NCBI RefSeq assembly: GCF_006345805.1
Contig: NW_021824047.1
Location: forward strand, 1 to 22,396
DNA length: 22,396 nucleotides
Direction of reading: 5' to 3'
Origin: Octopus sinensis
Lineage: Eukaryota
Positions 11,310 to 21,528 of the stretch are shown here, piece after piece. The position numbers and the translations under genes were made by a program. The notes under the pieces are model-generated. The model saw only the letters and a list, made by a program, of their open reading frames with translations. It did not search any database and was not told the origin of the DNA. Every line of letters begins with the position of its first letter. The first letter of the stretch is position 1.

Positions 11310-11391
11310 GGTAGCGTGGCCGAGCGGTCTAAGGCGCTGGTTTAAGGCACCAGTCTCTTCGGAGGCGTGGGTTCGAATCCCACCGCTGCCA
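11310..11391 (+). tRNA. tRNA-Leu-AAG: tRNA-Leu(AAG), intact
   Basis: Identical to 1776-1857. Confidence 0.97.
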
Positions 11392-11560
11392 ATCAACTTT
11401 TAATAACGTTTTTGGGTATATTTGTTTTTTCATATTTCATATACATATGAAAATTACAACAGCTCAAGACATTATGGATGCGACAAACGTCTAACTGTAA
11501 CTCGTTTTTTGAATTCTCTCTCCATTTTCTTTTCTGCCCTCGTCTATTCTTTGTCTAGAA

Positions 11561-11747
11561 CAGTGCTCTGCAACGGGTTTGTCGCGACACACTGGTGTGT
11601 CACGAGACGATGCTTGGTGTGCCGCAGTGTAACCTGAATATAATTTTATCCCCTATATTTTTAGTTATATTTTTTGTACAGGTGTATTCCGAATTTTGGA
11701 AAGAATATAAATGTACCGCAAGTGAAGAAAAGGTTGTGGACCACTTA
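11561..11747. mobile_element. hAT (Charlie/Buster-like) MITE
   Basis: Paralog starting CAGTGCTCTGCAAC, same flanks. Confidence 0.7.
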
Positions 11748-12486
11748 CTCTAGAAGAACGTATGCTCGAAGCATAAAAAGCTTTTCCTTCTATTTTCTTG
11801 AGCGTTTGTTTGTTTGCTTTTTTTTCAATCTCGTTTTCGTGATACCTTTAATTTTTGGTCCATATATTTGTGTGTGTGTCTGTGTGTGCGTGTGTACGCG
11901 ATCGGGCGGCACCTTGTGCAAATGTTTTGTATAGCTTCGGTTAGAAAAATTTAGAAGATAGCCACTGTGTCGAAGCCTGTTTTATATATGTATATATGTA
12001 AGTGTGTTTATCCTTGTCAAGTGTTTGTCCCTCACTGTCGATAGGCGACCGGTTCTGCTTTCTTTATGTCCTCTTAATATGGCGGTTCGGTAAAAGGAGC
12101 CTGCACAATAATTACCAGAAATTTTGAGAATGACCTTATACCCTCCAATTCGAAATAAGGCGGAGTGCACGATGTATGTTATATTTCCTGATATTATCCA
12201 TGATGGCAAAAGTATGCTTCCAAAGTCACCCGTGTTCTTTTCTGTTGCTGTCACAGTTTATCATTCTATAATTTTGTTTCAGCTGTTTTCAAATTTGATG
12301 TACTGATGTACTGATGTATGCCTGGTATGAAAATGAATTTCATTTTTGTCATAAGTTATCAGATAAGGAAGTTAATAGCTTTTAAATCTTGCAAAGTGGG
12401 TAACTTTATCCAATCGAAAGCCACAGACATATATATTGGTGGCTGTCTCCATATATATGGAAATTATATGACATGCCGACAGCTCT

Positions 12487-12568
12487 GGTAGCGTGGCCGA
12501 GCGGTCTAAGGCGCTGGTTTAAGGCACCAGTCTCTTCGGAGGCGTGGGTTCGAATCCCACCGCTGCCA
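12487..12568 (+). tRNA. tRNA-Leu-AAG: tRNA-Leu(AAG), intact, recombinant flanks
   Basis: Body identical to consensus; 5' flank matches the 19577 copy, 3' flank matches the 2402 and 20192 copies. Confidence 0.97.
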
Positions 12569-12747
12569 TTTGATGCTTTTTATTTTTTTACTCCCTTATT
12601 TTGCACATTTTGATATTCGTATTCCAAGTTTATGTTAGGTATACAAAGTTATCATATACAGTTTACTATTATAAAAAAAGTGATTGTTAATTGTCCTAGA
12701 GAATCGGATGTGACGACAGTGATATATCAAACTTGTATAAAGAACTC

Positions 12748-13026
12748 TTAAGCAGATCAGGCTGAAAATGTCGCTAGAAGCTAGGATCAGAAAGCATAGA
12801 TTGACATATTTTGGTCATATTATGCGGAGAAAATCCCTGGAGAAGGACATCATGCTCGGAATGGTCAGTGGCAAGAGAGGAAGAGGCCCAGCAAGAACCC
12901 GCTGGCTTGACACCATCAAAAGTGATACCGGAATGGACATAGCCAATCTGATATGAACTATCTAGAGGACACTGATCAATCGAGTAGGAGAGAGTCGACT
13001 TCGACTGAGCGGATAGATAGAGATAG
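12748..13026 (+). mobile_element. 5'-truncated RTE-clade LINE with 11-bp TSD
   Basis: RLTYFGHIMRRKSLEKDIMLGMVSGKRGRGPARTRWLDTIK; GATA-repeat tail; TSD ATAAAGAACTC at 12737-12747 and 13027-13037; empty site at 2651-2661. Confidence 0.92.
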
Positions 13027-13037
13027 ATAAAGAACTC

Positions 13038-14484
13038 CATCTGCCATCGTACGCACGAAACATTTTGGACCTTTATCGGGCATTGGATATTGTCAGGAAT
13101 GCTTTTGATATCCCATGGGTAGGCTTCATATGTGGGTCTAGACAACTTCTACACTCATGAAGTTGTCGACCATGCGCTCAATTTTGTTGATTCAAACGAT
13201 GACAGTATCCTTTCACAAATTCTACATGGGCGATGGATTCCCGCAATGAAGAAACTCAGGCGACAATATGGGATTAGCGACGATTTATTTAAATCATATC
13301 TTCATAAGAATGTGTTGCGAAACAAATTTAGAAATCGTGGAAAACTGTTCACAAATCTCATTTCGTGCATCAGTGACTGTTACTTCCACGTAAATATGAT
13401 TGTTTTCATCTTATCTCGAAATAAAGAGGTCAAATCCTGTACACTATGGATCTCTATTGCAAGCAGACCTGGACACAATGCAGCAGTGGATCAAGGACTG
13501 GCAACTCAAGCTGGCTGTGGACAAATGTACCACCATGCATTTTGGGAGGAGAAACCCGGCGTCCACCTACTCTCTCCACAACACTAGTCTCAAAAAGTCT
13601 TCAAGTGAACGTGACCTGGGTGTTATTGTCGACAGTGATTTGCGTTGGACAAAACACATCACTAAAATTGTCTAGAAGGCTGAGGGTGTCTTGGCATCAC
13701 TCACCAAATCCTTTGTGAGCCGCTCTCCGGCTATCTATCTGCGGCTTTATATAGCTATGGTAAGACCTCACCTGGAATTTGCATCACCGGTCTGGAACCC
13801 CTATCTTGCCCAGGACATCAATCGTCTGGAAGCTGTTCAGCGACGTGCAACCAAAAGAATACCCTCCATCAGGCATTTGCCATATCCTGAACGCCTTACT
13901 TCCCTGGGCATGGACACATTGAAACTCCGACGTCTGGCAGCTGACTTGGCAGACACCCATAACATTATCAACCATCGCACAAACAATAACTCTGAGCACC
14001 TCTTCAAACTCCACCCATCTAACACCCGTGGACATATTTACAAAGTCAGAAAACAGCACAGCTCTCCATTTTTTCACGCTGAGAGTTGCTGAAGCGTGGA
14101 ACAAACTGCCGGCATCGGTTGTTAGTTGTCGGAGCACTGCATCCTTCAAAACTTCCATGCTTCCTGAGATTCGCCAACACCACACTTGATTTTCTCCCCT
14201 CCATACACACACAAGCATGTTCACTTTCCAGACATTTCTACATTACTGCATGTACTTTATATGCACTTTCTGACAAGTTGTGGTGCACCTGAGCACTGTA
14301 TACAATAATTTCATTATATATATCAAGTGTTCATGTTATATTTAACATACGTACCTTCTATACATTCGTTTAGCCAGCGTCATCACTTCCGGCTTCTATC
14401 GTAATTCACATTAATTTTTCAGCAATTTTTCACGACAATATATATTTCCTTTTTCTTTTTGCGGCGACAAAATGCATGTTAACC
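13038..14484 (+). mobile_element. Merlin transposon remnant interrupted by a CR1/L2 LINE
   Basis: Frame from 13048: RTHETFWTFIGHWILSGMLLISHG*ASYVGLDNFYTHEVVDHALNFVD...KKLRRQYG...SYLH, a decayed WILPGTxIxSDxWxxY...HxxVNHxxNFVD motif of DDE_Tnp_IS1595. Confidence 0.8.
13415..14317 (+). mobile_element. 5'-truncated CR1/L2-clade LINE (RT C-terminus and 3'UTR), pseudogenised
   Basis: LQADLDTMQQWIKDWQLKLAVDKC...ERDLGVIVDSDLRW..HI...LYIAMVRPHLEFASPVWNPY...LEAVQRRATK...TRGH...WNKLP; internal stop and frameshift; absent from four paralogous sites. Confidence 0.92.
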
Positions 14485-14514
14485 TGTATACATACATACA
14501 TACATACATACGTA

Positions 14515-14590
<76 letters not shown>

Positions 14591-14667
14591 CCGCCCGCAC
14601 GTACGCACGCACGTACGTACGCACGTACATACGCATGCACGTACGTACGCGTGTAAGTATGTGTATA
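14485..14667. repeat. (TACA)n-(CGCA)n-(CGTA)n compound microsatellite
   Basis: Paralogs at ~3213-3361, 5536-5684, 7881-7993 and 21256-21405, always right after the Merlin terminus. Confidence 0.9.
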
Positions 14668-14791
14668 ACCGAACCCTATCGAATTTATTGAATATTTGCT
14701 GTAACCTTGTGTAATAAAAAATGCTGTTCCATGTATGTGTTATCTTTAACAATAATTAGGGTTCGGTTACATATATACATACATACATGTA

Positions 14792-14847
14792 TGACGAAAG
14801 AAATGCTGATTTTATTTGGCTAATCTTGAAACGTTGACGTACTCAAA
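14792..14847 (+). ncRNA. 5'-truncated copy of the same hammerhead ribozyme
   Basis: Starts at TGACGA, lacking C3 and the 5' strand of stem I; stem III ACGT-TG-ACGT; GTA then CTCAAA. Confidence 0.75.
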
Positions 14848-15349
14848 CGATCTAGGTACTTGTGATATTTTTCTGTATTTACCTCAAACCTTCGTGAGCT
14901 GTCTGGAGTAAACATTATCTGAGAGAGAAATTTTCTTTAAGTAGTAGAAATGCTAAGAAAATTTTTTTGGCTGCTATTTCTACTAAGTTCAGTATGTGGC
15001 ACAAGTAATTTATTTTACTAAGCCCTAATTATATAATGTAATATTTTGAATTCACCTTAAATGGTCCTTTTACATACTGAACACTTGGTGAAATTGATTA
15101 ATTAATTAATTTTACCCTCAATTGTTGATATTATAATTCATTTCTCTCTGTCATACTGCCTCGGTTCTCGCGGTTAAAATATAGTGTTTGCTAGATAGAC
15201 CACGTGGGTGGAAGGGGGAGTGCAGAATTTTACGCCTGCGCATTTTGAATTTGTTGACACTGTTAGTTGGAGTGGTTCATCTGAAGCGACAAGTTCGTTG
15301 ATAGGTAAAGTTCCTTCTTTTTAGTGTTTCCAAATCCAAATTAAGAAAT

Positions 15350-15412
15350 TTTGAGCTGACGAAAGAAATGCTGATTTTATTTGGCTAATCTTGAAACGCT
15401 GACGTACTCAAA
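15350..15412 (+). ncRNA. Type I hammerhead ribozyme, apparently intact
   Basis: Stem I TTTGAG/CTCAAA; core CTGACGA; stem II AAGA..GCTGA-ttttat-TTGGC..TCTT; GAAA; stem III ACG-ctga-CGT; cleavage triplet GTA, cut after 15406. Confidence 0.85.
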
Positions 15413-15688
15413 CGATCTATGTACTTGTGATATTTTTCTGTATTTACCTCCAAACTTCGTGAGCTGTCTGGAGTAAACGTTATCTGAGAGAAATTTTCTT
15501 TAAGTAGTAGAAATGCTAAGAAAATTTTTTTTGGCTGCTATTTCTACTAAGTTCAGTATGTAGCAAAGTAATTTATTTTACTAAGCCCTAATTATATAAT
15601 GTAATATTTTGAATTCACCTTAAATGGTCCTTTTACATACTGAACACTTGGTGAAATTGATTAATTAATTAATTTTACCCTCAATTGT

Positions 15689-15726
<38 letters not shown>

Positions 15727-15753
15727 GGAAATGTAAAAAAAAAAAATACAAAT

Positions 15754-15835
15754 TGGCAGCGGTGGGATTCGAACCTACGCCTCCGAGGAGACTGGTGCCT
15801 TAAACCAGCGCCTTAGACCGCTCGGCCACGCTACC
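15754..15835 (-). tRNA. tRNA-Leu-AAG: tRNA-Leu(AAG), variant or possible pseudogene
   Basis: T-stem G51A (A-C mismatch), variable loop T>C, native 5' flank deleted. Confidence 0.8.
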
Positions 15836-16177
15836 GACGGGTTTCTTTCAGTTTCCGTCTACCAAATCCACTCACAAGGCTGTGAGGACCTCTCTGTCCT
15901 ACTGTGTGTGTGCGCGTGTGTGAGTGTAGGCATGTGTTTACATAATACATACATACATACATACACATACACAGATTCATAGAAAGATAGAGAGAGAAAG
16001 AGCGAGTGAGAGAGGGGGAGTGTGAATGAGAGAGAGAGAGAGAGTGTGTGCATACAGATACACAAAATATCGAAGTATAAGACTGTCAAACTGTCACACA
16101 TAAATACTTTATCTTCCTATGAGATTACACAATAGCGTGATAATTTCATTGTAATATATGGACTACCGAAGTGTTCT

Positions 16178-16259
16178 GGTAGCGTGGCCGAGTGGTCTAA
16201 GGCGCTGGTTTTAGGCACCAGTCTCTTCGGAGGCGTGGGTTCGAATCCCACCGCTGCCA
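16178..16259 (+). tRNA. tRNA-Leu-TAG: tRNA-Leu(TAG), intact
   Basis: Body identical to 4596-4677; proximal terminator reduced to TTT. Confidence 0.96.
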
Positions 16260-16340
16260 CATGTTAACTTTGGCAAAATTTCAATGATCAGATTTAGATT
16301 CGATAACTACATTATTTTGATAAATATATACATGTAAAGT

Positions 16341-16896
16341 ATTCTTTTCTACTCTAGGCACAAGACCTGAGAGTTTTGGGTACGGTGCCAGTCATTGGAT
16401 CGGCCACTGTACGCAACTGGTACTTGATTTATCGACCCCAAAAGGATGAAAGCAAAGTTGACCTGGGCGGAATTTGAACTCAAAGTATCAAGTCGGGCGA
16501 AATACCTATTTCTTTACTACCCACAAGGGGCTAAACACAGAGGAGACAAACAAGGACAGACAAACGGATTAAGTCGATTAGATCGACCCAGTGCGTAACT
16601 GGTACTTATTTAATCGAGCCCGGCGGAATTTGAACTCAGAACGTAACGGTAGACGAAATACCTATTTCTTTACTACCCACAGGGGGCTAAACATAGAGAA
16701 AGGACAAACAAGGACAGACAAACGGATTAAGTCGATTACATCAACCCCAGTGCGTATCTGGTACTTATTTAATCGATCCCGAAAGGATGAACGGCAAAGT
16801 CGACTCGGCGGAATTTGAACTCAGAACGTAATGACAGACGAAATACCGGTAAGCATTTCGCCCGGCGTGCTAACGATTCTCCCAGCACGGTGCCTT
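16341..16896 (-). mobile_element. Composite tRNA-derived SINE, 3 subunits
   Basis: Paralog of 9262-9780; TATACATGTAAA on both sides. Confidence 0.85.
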
Positions 16897-16989
16897 ATAC
16901 ATGTAAAACATTGATATATAAAACATCGTTTTCCCACAGGAGATGCATACTCATGATGACTATATTGTAACGTAGTAATTCTTCTCGTC

Positions 16990-17071
16990 GGTAGCGTGGC
17001 CGAGCGGTCTAAGGCGCTGGTTTAAGGCACCAGTCTCTTCGGAGGCGTGGGTTCGAATCCCACCGCTGCCA
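16990..17071 (+). tRNA. tRNA-Leu-AAG: tRNA-Leu(AAG), intact
   Basis: Identical to 1776-1857. Confidence 0.97.
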
Positions 17072-17169
17072 ATATACATTCTTTTTGTTTTGTTTCAACG
17101 TCTAACTGTAACTCGTTTTTTGTATTCTCTCTCCTTTCTTTTCTGTCCTCGTCCATTCTTTGTCTAGAA

Positions 17170-17360
17170 CGGTGCTCTGCAACGGGTTTGTCGCGAACAC
17201 ACTGGTGTGTCACGAGACGATGCTTGGTGTGCCGCAGTGTAACCTGAATATAATTTTATCCCCTATATTTTTAGTTATATTTTTTGTACAGGTGTATTCC
17301 GAATTTTGGAAAGAATATAAATGTACCGCAAGTGAAAAAAAAAAGGTTGTGGACCACTTA
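17170..17360. mobile_element. hAT (Charlie/Buster-like) MITE
   Basis: Paralog of 10057-10246. Confidence 0.7.
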
Positions 17361-17773
17361 CTCTAGAAGAACGTATGCTCGAAGCATAAAAAGCTTTTCT
17401 TTCTATTTTTTGAGCGTTTGTGTTGTTTGCTTTTTTTTCAATCTCGTTTTCGTGATACCTTTAATTTTTGGTCCATATATTGTGTGTGTGGTCTGTGTGT
17501 GCGTGTGTACGCGATCGGGCGGCACCTTGTGCTAATGTTTTCGATAGCTTCGGTTAGAAAAATTTAGAAGATAGCCACTGTGTCGAAGCCCGTTTTATAT
17601 AAGTATATATGAGAGGGGGTGGGGTGAGAGAGAGAGAGAGTGTGTGCATACAGATACACAAAATATCGAAGTATAAGACTGTCAAACTGTCACACATAAA
17701 TACTTTATCTTCCTATGAGATTACACAATAGCGTGATAATTTCATAGTAATATATGGACTGTCGAACTGTTCT

Positions 17774-17855
17774 GGTAGCGTGGCCGAGTGGTCTAAGGCG
17801 CTGGTTTTAGGCACCAGTCTCTTCGGAGGCGTGGGTTCAAATCCCACCGCTGCCA
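17774..17855 (+). tRNA. tRNA-Leu-TAG: tRNA-Leu(TAG), T-loop variant
   Basis: T-loop TTCAAAT (G57A), still within the B-box consensus GTTCRA. Confidence 0.94.
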
Positions 17856-17937
17856 CATATTAGTTTTGGCAACATTTCATTGATCAGATTTAGATTCGAT
17901 AACTAACATTATTTTGATAAATATATACATGTAAAGT

Positions 17938-18333
17938 ATTCTTTTCTACTCTAGGCACAAGGCCTGAAAGTTTTGGGGACGGGGCCAGTCATTTGATCGG
18001 CCACTGTACGCAACTGGTACTTGATTTATCGCCCCCAAAGATGAAAGCAAAGTTGATCTCGGCGGAATTTGAAATCAAATTATCAAGTCAGACGAAATAC
18101 CTATTTCTTTACTACCCACAAGGGTAGTAAACAGAAGGAGCAACAAGACAGACAACAACGGATTAAGTCGATTGATCGACCCAGTGCGTAACTGGTACTT
18201 AATTTATCGACCCCGAAAGGATGAAAGACAAAGTCGACCTCGGCGGAAAATTTGAACTCAGAACGTAGCGGCAAACGAAATACCGCTAAGCATTTCGTCC
18301 AGCGTGTTATCGTTTCTGCCAGCTCGCTGCCTT
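17938..18333 (-). mobile_element. Composite tRNA-derived SINE, 2 subunits
   Basis: Paralog of 10819-11215. Confidence 0.85.
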
Positions 18334-18423
18334 ATACATGTAAAATATTGATAATAAAAAATCGTTTTTCACAGGAGATGCATACTCATGGTGACTATAT
18401 TGTAATGTAACCCTGCAGCTGTC

Positions 18424-18505
18424 GGTAGCGTGGCCGAGCGGTCTAAGGCGCTGGTTTAAGGCACCAGTCTCTTCGGAGGCGTGGGTTCGAATCCCACCGC
18501 TGCCA
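18424..18505 (+). tRNA. tRNA-Leu-AAG: tRNA-Leu(AAG), intact
   Basis: Identical to 1776-1857. Confidence 0.97.
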
Positions 18506-18672
18506 ATAACTTTTAATAACGTTTTTGGTATATTTGTTTTTTCATATTTCATATACATATGAAAATTACAACACAGCTCAAACATTATGGATGCGACAAA
18601 CGTCTAACTGTAACTCGTTTTTTGAATTCTCTCTCCATTTTTTTTCTGCCCTCGTCTATTCTTTGTCTAGAA

Positions 18673-18858
18673 CAGTGCTCTGCAACGGGTTGTCGCGACA
18701 CACTGGTGTGTCACGAGACAATGCTTGGTGTGCCGCAGTGTAACCTGAATATAATTTTATCCCCTATATTTTTAGTTATATTTTTTGTACAGGTGTATTC
18801 CGATTTTGGAAAGAATATAAATGTACCGCAAGTGAAGAAAAGGTTGTGGACACCCTTA
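18673..18858. mobile_element. hAT (Charlie/Buster-like) MITE
   Basis: Paralog of 11561-11747. Confidence 0.68.
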
Positions 18859-19576
18859 CTCTAGAAGAACGTATGCTCGAAGCATAAAAAGCTTTTCCTT
18901 CTATTTTCTTGAGCGTTTGTTTGTTTGCTGTTTTTTCAATCTCGTTTTCGTGATACCTTTAATTTTTGATCCATATATTTGTGTATGTGTCTGGGTGTGC
19001 GTGTGTACGGATCGGGCGGCACCTTGTGCTAAGTTTTCTATAGCTTCGGTCAGAAATATTTAGAAGCCCGTTTTATTATGTATATATGTAAGTGTGTTTA
19101 TCCTTGTCAAGTGTTTGTCCCTCACTGTAGATACGCGACCGGTTCTGCTTTCTTTATGTCCTCTTAATATGGCGGTTCGGTAAAAGGAGCCGGCACAATA
19201 ATTCCCAGAAACTTTGAGAATGACCTTGTACCCTCCAATTCGAAATAAGGCGGTGTGCACGATGTATGTTATATTTCCTGATATTATCCATGATGGCAAA
19301 AGTATGCTTCCAAAGTCAACCGTGTTCTTTTCTGTTGCTGTCACAGTTTATCATTTTATAATTTTGTTTCAGCTGTTTTCAAATTTGATGTACTGATGTA
19401 GTTTTGTATGCCTGTTATGGAAATGAAATTCATTTTTGTCATAAGTTAACAGATAAGGAAGTTAATAGCCTTTAAATCTTGCAAAGTGGGTAACTTTATC
19501 CAATCGAAAGCCACAGACATATATATTGGTGGCTGTCTCCATATATATGGAAATTATATGACATGCCGACTGCTCT

Positions 19577-19658
19577 GGTAGCGTGGCTGAGCGGTCTAAG
19601 TCGCTGGTTTAAGGCATCAGTCTCTTCGGAGACGTGGGTTCGAATCCCACCGCTGCCA
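19577..19658 (+). pseudogene. tRNA-Leu(AAG), degenerate, probable pseudogene
   Basis: Four substitutions: C12T and G24T (D-stem disrupted), C40T (anticodon-stem wobble), G>A at the end of the variable arm. Confidence 0.8.
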
Positions 19659-20191
19659 ATATGCATCCTTTTTGTTTTGTTTCAGTGATCTTGTTCCATG
19701 TTCACATTTTCTAATAAATATGATCTATGAATTATTACTTAATATTTATCAGATTGCTTCATTATCAATTACAACTATATGTGTTGTATGCGCGATTTGT
19801 TTGATTCAAGGTGGTGTTCCAGCATGGCCGTAGTCAAGTGACTGAAACAAAAAAAAAGAACCCTCCACCCACCCACACACACAGTTGTAGAAGTGGAACG
19901 AGCAAAGGGTATGATAAAGAAGGAAGTAATCGGAAGGAAAGTATCCCTGGTATTGACTTTCGGATGAGATCAATCTACCCTTGCGGACGGAATAAAGGGT
20001 TCAGCATGAAGTTTTTGGGACCAGGGTGCATCCACCCGCTCAACATACATGCATGCATATATGTATATACATACTCACAGGCTTTGAAAATGGCGGCATA
20101 TAAAACACTTCTGCATATAAATATTATCTTACCCAAACAACACGCACTGACATTATAATTTCCTATTAATCTGTCAAACAGTTAACGTATT

Positions 20192-20273
20192 GGTAGCGTG
20201 GCCGAGCGGTCTAAGGCGCTGGTTTAAGGCACCAGTCTCTTCGGAGGCGTGGGTTCGAATCCCACCGCTGCCA
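20192..20273 (+). tRNA. tRNA-Leu-AAG: tRNA-Leu(AAG), intact
   Basis: Identical to 1776-1857. Confidence 0.97.
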
Positions 20274-20451
20274 TTTGATGCTAATTTTTTTTTACCCCCT
20301 TATTTTACACATTTCCATATTCGTATTCCGAGTTTATGTTAGGTATACAGGGTTATCATATACAGTTTACTATTATAAAAAAAGTGAGTGTTAATTGTCC
20401 TAGAGAATCGGATGTGACGACAGTGATATATCAAACTTGTATAAAGAACTC

Positions 20452-20698
20452 TTAAGCAGATCAGGCTGAAAATGTCGCTAGAAGCTAGGATCACAAAGCA
20501 CAGATTGACATATTTTGGTCATATTATGCAGAGAAAATCCCTGGAGAAGGACATCATGCTCGGAATGGTCAGTGGCAAGAGAGGAAGAGGCCCAGCAAGA
20601 ACCCGCTGGCTTGACACCATCAAAAGTGATACCGGAATGGACATAGCCAATCTGAAAGACGCGGCCCAGGATAGAACTGACTGGATAGATAGAGATAG
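20452..20698 (+). mobile_element. Duplicated copy of the RTE insertion
   Basis: Same 5' truncation point; TSD at 20441-20451 and 20699-20709. Confidence 0.92.
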
Positions 20699-20709
20699 AT
20701 AAAGAACTC

Positions 20710-21255
20710 CATCTGCCATCGTACGCACGAAACACTTTGGACCTTTATCGGGCATTGGATATTGTCAGGAATGCATTTGATATCCCATGGGTAGGCTTCA
20801 TATGTGTGTCTCGACAACTACACTCATGAAGTTGTCGACCATGCGCTCAATTTTGTTGATTCAAACGATGACAGTATCCTTTCAGAAATTCTACACGGGC
20901 TATGGATTCCAGCCAAGAAGTAACTTGGGCGACAATATGGGATTAGCGACGATTTATTTAGGTCATATCTTCATAAGCATGTGTTGCGAAACAATTTAGA
21001 AATCGTAGAAAACTGTTCACAAATCTCACATCGTGCATCAGTGACTGTTGCTGTGCTTCACGTAAATATGATTGTTTTCATCTTATATAAAATATATCAA
21101 GTGTTCATATTTTTAACATACGTACGTTCTATACATTCGTTAAGCCAGCATCATCACTTCTGGCTTCTATCGTAATTCACATTAATTTTTTCAGCAATTT
21201 TCCGGAACAATTTATATTCCCTTTTTTTTTTGCGGCGACAAAATGCATGTTAACC
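20710..21255 (+). mobile_element. Merlin transposon remnant
   Basis: Paralog with additional frameshifts. Confidence 0.75.
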
Positions 21256-21528
21256 TGTATACATACATACATACATACGTACGTACGTACGCACGCTCGC
21301 ACGCACGCACGCACGCACGCACGCACACACGCCCGCCCGCCCGCACGTACGTACGCATGCACGCACGTACGTACGCACGCACGTACGTACGCGTGTAAGT
21401 ATGTGTCTAACCGAACCCTATCGAATTTATTGATTATTTTCTGTAACCTTGTGTAATAAAAAAATGCTGTTCCATTTATGTGTTATCTTTAACAATAATT
21501 AGGGTTCGGTTACATATATACATACATA

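Larger units (their letters stand above)
14792..15693 (+). mobile_element. Penelope-like pLTR / retrozyme-like partial tandem repeat (565-bp period, ~1.6 units)
   Basis: 14792-15131 repeated at 15357-15693; a hammerhead in each unit; inserted in a (TACA)n/(TA)n tract and absent from paralogous positions at ~8110 and ~21515. Confidence 0.75.
8740..21528. repeat. ~7.1-kb higher-order duplication
   Basis: Offsets 9099>16178 (7079), 9875>16990 (7115), 10657>17774 (7117), 11310>18424 (7114), 12487>19577 (7090). Confidence 0.9.

Noticed and set aside
11982-12306. ORFs conserved with 19060-19396
   Set aside because: Part of the 7.1-kb duplication, overlapping a decayed SINE fragment; no recognisable protein motif
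13132-13587. 151-aa ORF as a real gene or a transposase-RT fusion
   Set aside because: It is a dead Merlin fragment running out of frame into the inserted LINE, with an upstream in-frame stop and lost catalytic residues
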